NCBI GenBank assembly: GCA_964619725.1
Contig: CAZUFC010000017.1
Location: 1 to 64,000 of the forward strand
DNA from: an uncultured bacterium
GTDB taxonomy: Bacteria; CSSED10-310; CAZUFC01
DNA: 64,000 nucleotides
Direction of reading: 5' to 3'
Below are positions 1 through 9,836 of this stretch, in pieces (positions within the stretch are counted from its first letter, which is position 1; each line of letters starts with the position of its first letter). The notes below the pieces were generated by a model. The model was not told the DNA's origin. It made no database searches and saw only the letters and a program-made list of their open reading frames with translations. The translations under genes were made by a program, and so were the position numbers.

Positions 1-109
1 AAAATCACACTTTTTCAATAGGTTGTGACATTCTTGTCAGGAGTTCAGAAATTCAGTCCTTTGGACATTAAAACCTATGGATAATTTGATTTTGATTGCA
101 TTATAACTA

Positions 110-252
110 GTTTTTGTCCATAAACGGCGAATTTTTCCCAATACTGCGTCAGTCTTCGGATTTGCTCAGTCAAAATATAAGCGCCGCCCCTGCCTCGCAA
201 ATCCTTACAATCCTTGCCTTAAGAAAAATTCGCCCGTTTATGGATCAAAAAC
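110..252. repeat. Palindromic REP/MITE-like element (~143 bp)
   Basis: Imperfect terminal inverted arms GTTTTTGTCCATAAACGGCGAATTTTTC ... GAAAAATTCGCCCGTTTATGGATCAAAAAC; non-coding. Confidence 0.7.
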
Positions 253-257
253 CGCAG

Positions 258-310
258 TGGCTGTCCAGCATTAAATTTTGAATCGAGATTCGAGTTTATG
301 GACAGACGCT
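258..310. repeat. Short degenerate palindrome related to the 110-252 element
   Basis: CTGTCCA...TTTATGGACAG ends with inner hairpin AAATTTTGAATC/GATTCGAGTTT. Confidence 0.4.
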
Positions 311-450
311 TTTTCGTCAAACGTTCACATTTTTTTTCAATCAATTTCAGGTTATGTGAAATTGTTGGGGAAAATCTCCATCAGGAAGCATCCACAATTT
401 CGACTTACCGTCATCGCAGTACACGTTAACAGGCATCCTCGGAGCATCAA

Positions 451-864
451 TCACCATATGCCGTCGACATATTCGTAGTTTCTTATTTTTTCATCTTTGG
501 TCACTATCGGCAATCCCATTCTCATCCCTGTCGCCGTTATTATCCTGTCCGCCGGGTCCTTATGAAATTGTCCCGGTAGATTAACCGACTTCACTGCCGT
601 TTTCACATCTATAGGTATAAACTGTAAAAAAGGAAGCCCTTCGTTCCACGCCAACCAGTCCTCAATGCCCGCCTTCAACTGCAATCGACCTGAAAGCGCC
701 AACATTGCCGCCTCCCACGTACTTATGGCTGATACAAAAATGGCCTTTTTCCTTAGACATATCTGGATCACCCTCTCCGCTTCTTTCGACAATTCCTCAG
801 AACCGTTTACCCACCATATCCAGGCGTGCGTGTCCAGTAAAATTCCTTTAATCTCCCCTCTCAT
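451..864 (-). CDS. vapC: PIN-domain (VapC-type) toxin
   Basis: ILLDTHAWIWW, SAISTWE and HKDPADRII motifs; ATGA overlap with antitoxin stop at 861-864. Confidence 0.9.
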   Translation of the reverse strand: MRGEIKGILLDTHAWIWWVNGSEELSKEAERVIQICLRKKAIFVSAISTWEAAMLALSGRLQLKAGIEDWLAWNEGLPFLQFIPIDVKTAVKSVNLPGQFHKDPADRIITATGMRMGLPIVTKDEKIRNYEYVDGIW

Positions 865-1094
865 TTTAAAGACTCCCAATCATCAATCCCCACCGGCTCA
901 AGCGGCGATTCGTATTTTATTACTGAATCGCGTAACACCTTCAATGCTTCTTCAGGCGACTTGACGTACGGTATTATTTTTAAGACTTCAACACCTCTGT
1001 CTGTAATGATTATTTCTTCTCCTGTCTCTTGAACCCTGCGGAAATATTCCAATGCCCTCGGTTTAAATTTGGATTTTGATACTTTAATCGCCAT
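861..1094 (-). CDS. Phd/YefM family antitoxin
   Basis: VSKSKFK..ALEYFRRVQETGEEIIITDRG pattern; SD GAGGAGG before ATG at 1094; coupled to PIN toxin. Confidence 0.85.
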   Translation of the reverse strand: MAIKVSKSKFKPRALEYFRRVQETGEEIIITDRGVEVLKIIPYVKSPEEALKVLRDSVIKYESPLEPVGIDDWESLK

Positions 1095-1214
1095 TATCTC
1101 GTCCTCCTCAACTATCAATACCATAGTCATATTACCATGGTCATATAATTTCGCCAAATTTTACACGTTCTACCTTTAAGCAGACGCTGTGCCCTCTGCG
1201 GGATCAGAATCGGA

Positions 1215-1350
1215 GGACTGATCAAACCGGGATTACGCTTCTTTCAAACTTTTCGACGGTTTTTTTCGGTAATCGGGATCGAAAAAGAAATAAAATAATG
1301 GGATATTCGGAAGACTTGTAACCCCAAAAGAGGCATTTGGGATCAATGCC
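1215..1350 (+). repeat. Dispersed repeat copy 1 (MITE-like)
   Basis: GGACTGATCAAA...TGTAACC.CAAA...GATCAATGCC; similar along its length to 6818-6966 and 54570-54734. Confidence 0.8.
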
Positions 1351-1373
1351 AATTTACTCGCCGGCAATTGCAT

Positions 1374-2213
1374 TCAATCGGCGTATTTGAGTAAATCCTC
1401 AGCCGGTTTTCTTTCGGGCGTTTCGGGAAACGTTTCGGGGAAACCGAGAGGCGTGACGGTCGCTATTTGATGCTCCGGCGGTATGCCGAGTATTTCTTTG
1501 GCTTCCTCGCGATCCATGGCGGCTATCCAGCATGTGCCGAGTCCGAAGAGTCTTGCTGCGATCATAAAATGATAAGCGGCGATGCAGGCGTCCTGTTCGG
1601 AACGGCCTTTTACTGAAGAATCGGAACATATCGCTACAGCTATGGGGGCTTTTTTGATGGGTGCACTGTTGGGACCTCTCAGGGCGGCGAGCTGTTCTTT
1701 TTTGCTTTGATCCCTTACGAGGACGAAATAGTATGACTGCGAATTCATGGATGTGGGCGCAAAACGGCATAATTCAAAAATATGCTGCAACGTATTTTCT
1801 GGAATTTCCCGATCAGCGAATGTCCTGACGCTTCTTCTTTCCAATAACAGTTCCGTTCCATCCATAAACGGAGCCAGGTCATGCAGAAAACACTGGAATT
1901 CGACGGCTCGTCCTTCCGGGTCCCTGGCGAAAAAATGGTAAATCCTGTAACGCTCATTCAACTTGGGAGCAGTTTCAGCGGCATCCTTGAACTTTTCGTA
2001 TGCCCGGTCCACCTCTTCTTTATTTTCATAAAAAAAAGTGATCATCCCATCCAGGTCTGCTTTTTCTCTTCTGCAGAAACCCAGCAGCATATTACCCTGT
2101 TTAAGGATAATGCAGTCATTCTGATCCGCCCAGACATCCATACCTGCCCTGGATATGTAGAAGTCCTTGCATTTTTCAAGATCATTGGCGTTAAAAAAAA
2201 CAATACCCGACAT
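1374..2213 (-). CDS. VOC/glyoxalase domain fused to nitroreductase domain
   Basis: N-half with FFARDPEGRAVEF (VOC); C-half with RRSVRTF, APTSMNSQ, GLGTCWI (nitroreductase). Confidence 0.85.
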   Translation of the reverse strand: MSGIVFFNANDLEKCKDFYISRAGMDVWADQNDCIILKQGNMLLGFCRREKADLDGMITFFYENKEEVDRAYEKFKDAAETAPKLNERYRIYHFFARDPEGRAVEFQCFLHDLAPFMDGTELLLERRSVRTFADREIPENTLQHIFELCRFAPTSMNSQSYYFVLVRDQSKKEQLAALRGPNSAPIKKAPIAVAICSDSSVKGRSEQDACIAAYHFMIAARLFGLGTCWIAAMDREEAKEILGIPPEHQIATVTPLGFPETFPETPERKPAEDLLKYAD

Positions 2214-2248
2214 TCATGGGCCTCCTTTCAGATGCTTTCAATTTCTTC

Positions 2249-4261
2249 TCATTTTGTTCTCATTTTAGAGGAAAAAAACTCAATTGTTTTTATCGCTTTA
2301 CGGGACTTCTCTTCGAGCCTGTTCGTCGAAACGTCTATTCTGACATTATGTTTCATCGCTTCCTTTATATCATTTTCATAGCGGTCCGGTTCAAGCCGGA
2401 GGACGTAATTATAGAAATCCAACGCTATGTGATTCCTGTTTATTGACTGGAAAAGTCTTGCAGTGCGATAAACGGACAGTGCATAAGCGCTGTAGATGGA
2501 TTTAGCATCCATATCAGGGTATTCTGGAAGCGGCAGCAATTTTTCCAGGGTTTCATTGAAAAAAGCTTCGTTCCAATCCGCTTCAGACCAGGACGGAACA
2601 GGAAAAGGGGTATCCATTATTCGCAACGTCAGACCTTTGGGGATCATTTGATACCTGTCGTAATCCGCCCCCAGCAATTCCTTTCGACTGATCGTCGGGG
2701 TTAAGTAAACGGGTCGGCTTCGTCCCAGGCTCTCAATCATTTTTTTCGCGTACATCAGTTTCCCTCTGACTGATTCAAGTTCCGACGCACTAACTTCTTT
2801 ATAATCCGGCCAGTCTTCCTCAGGATACCTTGAGCGGAGCTGCTCGACATGCCATAAAAAAAGATGGCCGGCGCTGACTGTGATGACGTCGGGAAATTTT
2901 TTCTCCACACCCTGGATATACCATAACGCATGAACCGTCGTATCGCCCTCGGCAAACAGCAAACCGTTCGGCGCCGCCGATTCCAGCACATCCTCGCCGT
3001 ATTGTCTTACATAACGGCATGAACTCAAATCAACGCGATGATAATTCAAAAATAAACCGGCCGATCCGAGCGCCGGTAAAACTATTGAAATCAGCATCAC
3101 GGCTTTTTTGCTGAATCGTCTGATATTTAAAATATAATCAGCGCCGAAAGCGGCTAGAATTCCGCATGCCGCAAAAGAAGGAAGAAAAAAGGAAGATATG
3201 TCCAGTACATGGTAAAAACTCAGAAACAACAGGTTTAATAGAATTAACGCAGAGAATGAAAGAATCAAACGCCGGCGTTCTCCTTTTCTCCTGATGGATG
3301 CGATGATGCCTAAAGGTGCGAACAAAAGGGCCAATCCCAATTCTCTGTGAATGTCCTGGAAATTGTAGGCGAATTTATCCGCAACAGAAAATAAATCTAT
3401 TGGCCTCAAATGTCTTGAATAGTTGCTGCCGAAAAGCATTCTCTTCAAACCGGCCGGATTCTCCGTATTCAATATGTCTATGGGCGGATCGAACAGACTG
3501 GCCAGAGGCAAGTATGCGAAAACGAGAAATGACAGGATGACTCCCGTAAGAATGAATTTAAAATTGCTGCGTATTTTAGTCCCGGCATAGCGAAAAGCGC
3601 TGAGAAGAGGGAAGATGAAAGGGAAATAAATCAGGTTAATCGGTCTGTGTCCTATCCAGAGTCCGGCAAAAAAGCCTGTAACGGTCCATATTTTTGCTGA
3701 ATTGCGATTTAAAACTGTAAGGAGAACATTCAATAACAGAAACAAAAGCAGCATATCGAACGAGTATACTTCCGCTTTCAGACAGGCCGACCAGTAAGCG
3801 GCCCCTGTCCCCAGGCAAGCTGTGCCGAACAGGGCTGGACCGGGGCCAGTTTGCAGCCGGCGTAGAAAACAGTACATAAGGGTTAAGGCTGCAGCGCCGT
3901 AGAATCCTGATATTAAATTGGCGGCATGCGCCGGATTCAGGAACAAAAAAATGCGCATTATACTGCCGGTCAAAAGAATATACAGGGGATAACCGGGCGG
4001 ATGAGGAACGCCGAACACGGCGGCGGCTGCGGCGAGTTCGGGACTGTCGCCTGCAGCTATATCCCGGCATGCCGTCATTCCATAAGTGATCATGAAAAAA
4101 AGAAAAACCGCAAAAGCTGCCAGGTAATCCGATTTTTTTAGTTTGCCGGCAGCAATGTATGTCTTTCCGACATATTTTTCAGAATTCTGTTTGTTTTCAG
4201 GCTTCGTTTTCTTTGTTTTTTTCATTATTGCCTTGTAATTATTACGAGACCACAAAGTCAT
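2249..4261 (-). CDS. DUF2723 / TMEM260-like GT-C membrane glycosyltransferase
   Basis: GDSPEL..GVPHPPGYPLY, AEVYS and EGDT motifs; many TM segments; TPR-like C-terminus; start codon uncertain. Confidence 0.85.
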   Translation of the reverse strand: MTLWSRNNYKAIMKKTKKTKPENKQNSEKYVGKTYIAAGKLKKSDYLAAFAVFLFFMITYGMTACRDIAAGDSPELAAAAAVFGVPHPPGYPLYILLTGSIMRIFLFLNPAHAANLISGFYGAAALTLMYCFLRRLQTGPGPALFGTACLGTGAAYWSACLKAEVYSFDMLLLFLLLNVLLTVLNRNSAKIWTVTGFFAGLWIGHRPINLIYFPFIFPLLSAFRYAGTKIRSNFKFILTGVILSFLVFAYLPLASLFDPPIDILNTENPAGLKRMLFGSNYSRHLRPIDLFSVADKFAYNFQDIHRELGLALLFAPLGIIASIRRKGERRRLILSFSALILLNLLFLSFYHVLDISSFFLPSFAACGILAAFGADYILNIRRFSKKAVMLISIVLPALGSAGLFLNYHRVDLSSCRYVRQYGEDVLESAAPNGLLFAEGDTTVHALWYIQGVEKKFPDVITVSAGHLFLWHVEQLRSRYPEEDWPDYKEVSASELESVRGKLMYAKKMIESLGRSRPVYLTPTISRKELLGADYDRYQMIPKGLTLRIMDTPFPVPSWSEADWNEAFFNETLEKLLPLPEYPDMDAKSIYSAYALSVYRTARLFQSINRNHIALDFYNYVLRLEPDRYENDIKEAMKHNVRIDVSTNRLEEKSRKAIKTIEFFSSKMRTK

Positions 4262-4300
4262 ACATGAACAGAGACGGATATTTCAGGTTTACCGAACGGA

Positions 4301-5746
4301 TCATTGTATGTATCCGAGCGATTCAAGCTGATCCAAAGTTTCCTTCCTCACTTTTTCCATTGGTTCTGCAGCGTTTTCAGGCTCAACATTTATCCAGGAA
4401 TCAGTCCAGTCCGCCAAAACTTGCCTCATATCCTTAAAAACCGGTAAATTTTTATATGCGAGGTTTTCGGTTTCCCCGGGGTCCTCGATTATATCGTATA
4501 ATTCAAAAGAGACGTCGTTCATAAGCGAGGCAGTCTCCGGGTCTCTGATACGGATCAGTTTCCACCGTTCAGAACGGACCGACAATTCATAGTCCTGAGC
4601 GTATCCCGATTCCGTGAATATATACCTTTCGGCATTTCCGTCCTTGAGCAAACGTAATAAGCTTTTCCCGGCAAATTCCGATTGGGAAAAAGACAAACCT
4701 GCAGTATGGCGGATAGTCGGAATTATATCCATTAAGGAAACCGGGATATTTGAAATACCGTGTTTTATACCGGGAAAACGAATCATAAAGGGAACGCGAG
4801 AACAGGCATCATAGGGCAGCAATCCATGATCAAAGTAATAATTATGTTCGCCGAGGCTTTCTCCGTGATCAGAAGTTACGATCATTATGGACCGTTTAAA
4901 CAATCCGAGTTCACGAATTTTCTTCAGAAGTGTTCCCAGCTCATGATCGACGTGCGCTATTTCACCGTCATATTGTGAAATATAAAAATCAAAATCTTTT
5001 TTGTCCTGGAGCACGGCAGCAGGATAAACAGCGCCCAAACCGTTGCTGATTCCGGTTTCTTCCGGCAGGGCAACGACTTTTCCCGTATTCCGGTCCTTTC
5101 CCGTAAATACATCGTCGAAAGGAGGATCAGGCGTATATTTGGCGTGAGGTTTGACATAATGCACCCAGAAGAAGAATTTCTTCTTATGGTGAGTCTCCAA
5201 CCAATTGACGGCGGCTCGTGTAAGGTCCCCTCGCAAATCCCATTTTTCCAGATAGTCTTCCATGCCCTGGTCAAAACCGAAATCTGAATAAAGATTGCCG
5301 TTGCTGACCGCTGCTCCCGTATAATATCCTTCACGTTTCAACAGTTCAGCCAGCATAACGTTAGAATCGGCTATCCTCTGCTTGTTGTCTCGCATCACTC
5401 CGTTGGTATGTCCATAATTTCCCGTCATTAATGCCGCGACGGCCGGACTGGTTCGGGGCCAGGGCGTATAAGCATTCTCAAACAATATACAGCTCTTCGA
5501 CAACCCGTCGAGATGCGGACTCGTCTTTTTAGGATATCCGCAGAAACCCAAATGATCGGCCCTTAAAGTATCAATCGTAATAAGAATAATATTGCAGTCC
5601 TTACAGATATTCGCAGAGTCCGCTGAAATCGCTGCGCTTCCATATAAAATCGCGGTCCAAAATAAACACAGCAGAACAAAGAGCGGAAATCCGGCTGATT
5701 TTATGCTGTAGATGTTCATATCGAAACTCTCGTCATCGATGCCCAT
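4301..5746 (-). CDS. Sulfatase-family (alkaline phosphatase superfamily) protein
   Basis: NIILITIDTLRADH, TSDHGE, ELYD..DPGETENL, LESLGY; Thr-type motif (PRTSPAVAALMTG) in place of CxPxR. Confidence 0.85.
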   Translation of the reverse strand: MGIDDESFDMNIYSIKSAGFPLFVLLCLFWTAILYGSAAISADSANICKDCNIILITIDTLRADHLGFCGYPKKTSPHLDGLSKSCILFENAYTPWPRTSPAVAALMTGNYGHTNGVMRDNKQRIADSNVMLAELLKREGYYTGAAVSNGNLYSDFGFDQGMEDYLEKWDLRGDLTRAAVNWLETHHKKKFFFWVHYVKPHAKYTPDPPFDDVFTGKDRNTGKVVALPEETGISNGLGAVYPAAVLQDKKDFDFYISQYDGEIAHVDHELGTLLKKIRELGLFKRSIMIVTSDHGESLGEHNYYFDHGLLPYDACSRVPFMIRFPGIKHGISNIPVSLMDIIPTIRHTAGLSFSQSEFAGKSLLRLLKDGNAERYIFTESGYAQDYELSVRSERWKLIRIRDPETASLMNDVSFELYDIIEDPGETENLAYKNLPVFKDMRQVLADWTDSWINVEPENAAEPMEKVRKETLDQLESLGYIQ

Positions 5747-6164
5747 CGCATTTTACCTGCCGAACCGGTCGATTATCGCCTTTCCATCACGAAAAACACT
5801 GGAAATCCCCATAGAACATCGGAATAATCTGCAGGAATGACAGTGCGATTCACATCAAACCTCCTCAAAATCAACTATAAGTTAGGCGGCCATAAATGAA
5901 AAGAAAAAACAGGTCTGCCGGCATTGGAATCAGCTCAGGTAATGGGACTGATCATGTGTTTGCGAAGGGCTCTGACCCCGCCGCAGACCCCGCAGCATTG
6001 ATTCGCCGGCATGAAATGTGCCTCTTGTCATTTTGTTCGTTATCGAACGAGGGAATTATCGTTGATGTAACGACAACAGAAGGGGTACAAAGAAAGTGAA
6101 AAACAAAAGCATTGCAACTGCAGCAAAAAGCGAAATCACGTCAAATGTCCGCCTGGAGCGGATA

Positions 6165-6806
6165 ATGAAAAAATTAACTGTCATACCGTCATTGTTCGTA
6201 ACGGTGTTCGTATTCGTTACGCTATTAATTCAGGCAGAGCAGGCCGGCGGCGCGGCGTCAAGACGTTCTCTGGACGGCCGTTTCGGAATGGGCCTGCAGC
6301 CGGGATTCTGGAAAGCCCGTGAAAATAAATCAGGCAAGACCTTCGCCGGATTCAGCGTTACTTACCGCCTGTTTCCGCATATAAGCCTGGACGGCGATCT
6401 TGATTTCACAGGCGAACGGGCTAAATCCATCGGTCGCGGTCAGGAAAAGGAAGAGCTGCTTGACTATGATACCAATCTGTTTGCTGTGCAGGTATCCATA
6501 GCCTGGCATTTCAGACCGCAAAAAAGCATCGATCCTGTTGTTTACGCTGGACCCGGATATTACTATTTCGACATTGAAGGGGAAATTGAGGAAGCAGCGA
6601 GCCCGCAAGAAGTAAAAGGATCGTTTTGGGAACCCGGAATCCATGGAGGCATCGGCGTTTTGTTTCGCGTTTTCAACAATTGGATATTCAACATAAGAAC
6701 CAAATTTCTGGCTGTTGAGATCGATGCTGAAGTGGATGGCGCAAGGATTGAAGATGATCGTTGGAAAGGATTCCAGATCAGCCTGGGTTTTTCCCGGTTT
6801 TTCTGA
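6165..6806 (+). CDS. Small outer-membrane beta-barrel protein (OmpA/OmpW-like)
   Basis: Signal peptide, amphipathic strands (PVVYAGPGYY, GIHGGIGV), C-terminal LGFSRFF; start placed at ATG 6165. Confidence 0.75.
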   Translation: MKKLTVIPSLFVTVFVFVTLLIQAEQAGGAASRRSLDGRFGMGLQPGFWKARENKSGKTFAGFSVTYRLFPHISLDGDLDFTGERAKSIGRGQEKEELLDYDTNLFAVQVSIAWHFRPQKSIDPVVYAGPGYYYFDIEGEIEEAASPQEVKGSFWEPGIHGGIGVLFRVFNNWIFNIRTKFLAVEIDAEVDGARIEDDRWKGFQISLGFSRFF

Positions 6807-6817
6807 TGCTGACTGTC

Positions 6818-6966
6818 GGGACTGATCAAACCTGTGTTACGCTTCTTTCAAAACTTTAGCCAGTTTGTTTTAGTAATCGGGGTCGGTATCGGGATCGCAA
6901 TCGAAACAAAATGACGGGATATTCTTTAGAATTGTAACCTCAAAGGCCGCATTTTTAATCAATGCC
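6818..6966 (+). repeat. Dispersed repeat copy 2 (MITE-like)
   Basis: Same ends and internal blocks as copies 1 and 3; internal NNTCGN hexamer run. Confidence 0.8.
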
Positions 6967-7083
6967 TGAATGCCGGCATACAAGAACGCTCAAATTCCCG
7001 CAGATTGGCGCCTGTTGAGTCATGATGCGGCAAAATGCGGAAATATGAGCGTTCAGCAGCAGTGTTAAGCGGTTATTATTAAA

Positions 7084-8421
7084 TCAATTCCACCCGAAAG
7101 TCAATGTGCTCATGGAACCGAAAAGGTCACTCATGCCGGGATCGGTCAATGCGCCGTGGAATTTTATCCCGGAAGCCTCTCCTGCGCCGGAAGGCCAGGG
7201 AAACTCATCCAGTACGATAACTTTACTCAAGCCCGAAGGAAAAGTTCTTTCATAATAATCGACGCCTTCGAGGTAATGTTTCCAGGAGGGCGCGAACCAA
7301 TATTGGCCGAAAATATCGAGGATGACGAAAAGAGGATAACCGGTCAGCATATCGCCATCTTCGTTGTAAACCCAGGCCCATAGGTAGCAGTTGTCGCCGG
7401 CGTTAAAGAAGTCATCCGGCATTTCCAGAGTGACGCCGTTTTCAGGGGCTGCTGTAGCCGTAACCGAGGGTCCGGGCGACGGCGTTTCCGTTAAGAAAGG
7501 AGACGGCGTAAGGGTCGGTTCTTCCGTAAAAGTCGCTGTCGGAGAATTCGTCATCGTGCAAGTGGGAGTGGCGGTATATGTCGGCGTATCTGTCGGGACT
7601 GTCGTAGGCGTTCTGGTCGGAGTTCGGGACGGACTGACGGTTCCTGTCGGCGTATATGTCGGCGTTCCCGTTATGGTCGGCGTTCGAGTCGGCGTTCTGG
7701 TATTCTGATCGGGAAGCAGCCATTCGAGGTATCTGGCCATCACTTCCTGTTTGGTTCCTTCCAGTCCGTCTATCATGGCGCCGAAGATAAAAGTTTGATG
7801 TATCGTTCGGTAAGTTCCGTTCGTATGATAAACGGCCCTTCCGTTGTTGTCCTGACTTTTAAAATGAATGGTTCCGCCGTTCGCGCTTATTACGCTGACC
7901 CATTCATCCGGCGGGGTCCCGTAAGGATAATCCAACGCCAGTCCTTCCGCTATCGTACCTGCCTGACCTGTGACGCGACTGACGTTTCCTGTCGATCCGC
8001 CGTCGTTTACGTAATTACATCCGAAATAACCATATATCGGGTCGTCAGAGTGAAAATAACCGAAATCATTGAATCCGATGTAAACAGAACCGCCGCCGTT
8101 CAAATACTCAATTAAACTTGCTTGCTCAGACTGAGCAAGCTCCAGGTCGATTCCTCAGCAATACCACCCCATAGTTACGAATATAACGTCGTACTCCTCG
8201 GGATGCCCAGGCAGAGACAATCCTGTATCATAAGAGTAACCGTTGGCTTCCAAAGCCCGCTTCACGGCATACTCGGTCCCAACCATCATTCCGGACTCAG
8301 GATCCTGAAACTCATATCCCGGTCCCGCATCATTGTCCCATACGTAAATCTCTGCTGCATCACCCGAACAAACAATCGCAACCAACAACAAGAGGACGAC
8401 TGCAACGGCTTTGCTTTTCAT
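7084..8421 (-). CDS. Putative secreted selenoprotein (445 aa; in-frame TGA at 8155-8157, motif WYC-U-G) with Pro/Thr linker and conserved C-terminal domain
   Basis: ORFs 8155-8421 and 7084-8103 are in the same frame; linker reads GIDLELAQSEQASLIEYL with no stop; SECIS-like hairpin follows the TGA; signal peptide only in the upstream part. Confidence 0.7.
8120..8140 (-). promoter_or_regulatory. Candidate bacterial SECIS element
   Basis: GCUUGCUCA-GUC-UGAGCAAGC perfect 9-bp stem starting 15 nt after UGA; apical G at +24. Confidence 0.65.
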
Positions 8422-8870
8422 GAAACAAACCCTCCTATTTCCCGCAAATTTCCTCGACCATGAAAATTAATAACACGGTAACGTCGAAACGCTCCGCCAT
8501 ACGAAAAGATCGTTTTTTCCATTATCCCCATCCCTTTACCCTGATGCCGACTCACTCGGCCGACGGTATGGAGACGTTACACCCGCGGATCATTCTGAAA
8601 CGCATACAAATCGTTTCTGCGAACGCCCGAAATCAATTTCATTATATTGGCGCAAATGTACAATGTCAAAAACCTTACCCTACGAGGACTCTTTTCCGAT
8701 TTATTAAGCCGGCGGCGATTAGTGACACCCGACGACGGCTTTGTTATATTTGAACTCGGAAGTTGAGGTTCCTCGACCTCGCAAACTCAGCAGCTCGAAC
8801 CATGTTAAAATTATTCAGGCCGCTTTCGGCAGGTCGTTGATTTCTTCAATACTTAAGATGTAGGTTCGTC

Positions 8871-9827
8871 ATGAAGCCGATAGAATACGAAAATATTCAG
8901 GAATACAGGAAAATATTCGGTCAAACCAAATTGTGGATGCCTCTGATGAAGGAAATAGCCCGAAGGCATGCCCTTCAAAGTGATTCTCTGAGTCATACCG
9001 GAGAAGGCACTCACATCGTGTTCCTGGCTGGAGATGCGGTTGTGATTAAGCTTTTCTGCAGTCTCTTTCCGGAAGATTACGAAGCGGAGAGTCGTTTTCT
9101 GGAACTGATTGACGACTTCTCGCCGTTCGATATCCCTCGGCTTCTGCATAAAGGACGAATATCCGGATACAATTACCTGGTCCTTTCACACATCAGGGGA
9201 ACATCCTATGAGAAATTGGAACCATTGCTGACGAAGGATGAAAAAATTCGTGCGGCCCGGGATATTGGACGACTGATTGAACGGATTCGCTCTGTACCGG
9301 CGACGGGTATGCTCGATCTATGTCCCGACTGGAAGAGTTTTATCGAACAGCAAAAAAAGGACTGCGTTCTTCGTCAGGCGCAGTGTGGAGTCTCTGAAAA
9401 AATCTGTAATCGGATACCGGATTATTTAAACGAAGCTGAACCCCTTTACGAGGATGATTTTTATCCGGTCATGCTTTCTGCCGACATCACTGCGGAGCAT
9501 GTTTTCATGACAAAAATCCGAGGAAAACGGCGGGTTTCCGGATTACTGGATTTCGGAGATGCCATGCCGGGACATCCTGATTACGAGCTTGCGGCGCCCG
9601 TGATGGATATAGTCTGCGGCAATGCGGAAATGCTGACAGCGCTGCTGCAGTCGGCCGGTTATGATTTGAGCCGGGACAAGGAAAAATTGCAGCGGCGATT
9701 CATGGCATATTTTCTGCTGCACAAATTTTCCAACCTATCCTATGCTGTAAAAAAGAATCCTGAAATCTCAGGCGAGGCGCTCACCCTGGATGAAATAGCT
9801 GAAAAAATGTGGCCCCTGTCAGGCTGA
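8871..9827 (+). CDS. Aminoglycoside phosphotransferase / choline kinase family protein
   Basis: VVIKLF, Brenner-like SADITAEHVF, GLLDFGDA..GHPDYEL. Confidence 0.8.
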   Translation: MKPIEYENIQEYRKIFGQTKLWMPLMKEIARRHALQSDSLSHTGEGTHIVFLAGDAVVIKLFCSLFPEDYEAESRFLELIDDFSPFDIPRLLHKGRISGYNYLVLSHIRGTSYEKLEPLLTKDEKIRAARDIGRLIERIRSVPATGMLDLCPDWKSFIEQQKKDCVLRQAQCGVSEKICNRIPDYLNEAEPLYEDDFYPVMLSADITAEHVFMTKIRGKRRVSGLLDFGDAMPGHPDYELAAPVMDIVCGNAEMLTALLQSAGYDLSRDKEKLQRRFMAYFLLHKFSNLSYAVKKNPEISGEALTLDEIAEKMWPLSG

Positions 9828-9836
9828 TGCTGTCAG

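Noticed and set aside
5890-6100. Riboswitch upstream of the small OMP gene
   Set aside because: Some local hairpins and a GGGACTGATCA match to the repeat end, but no cobalamin, c-di-GMP or TPP consensus
7440-7705. Antisense ORF 7391-7708 and apparent DNA repeat
   Set aside because: Shadow of the Thr/Pro linker codons on the minus strand
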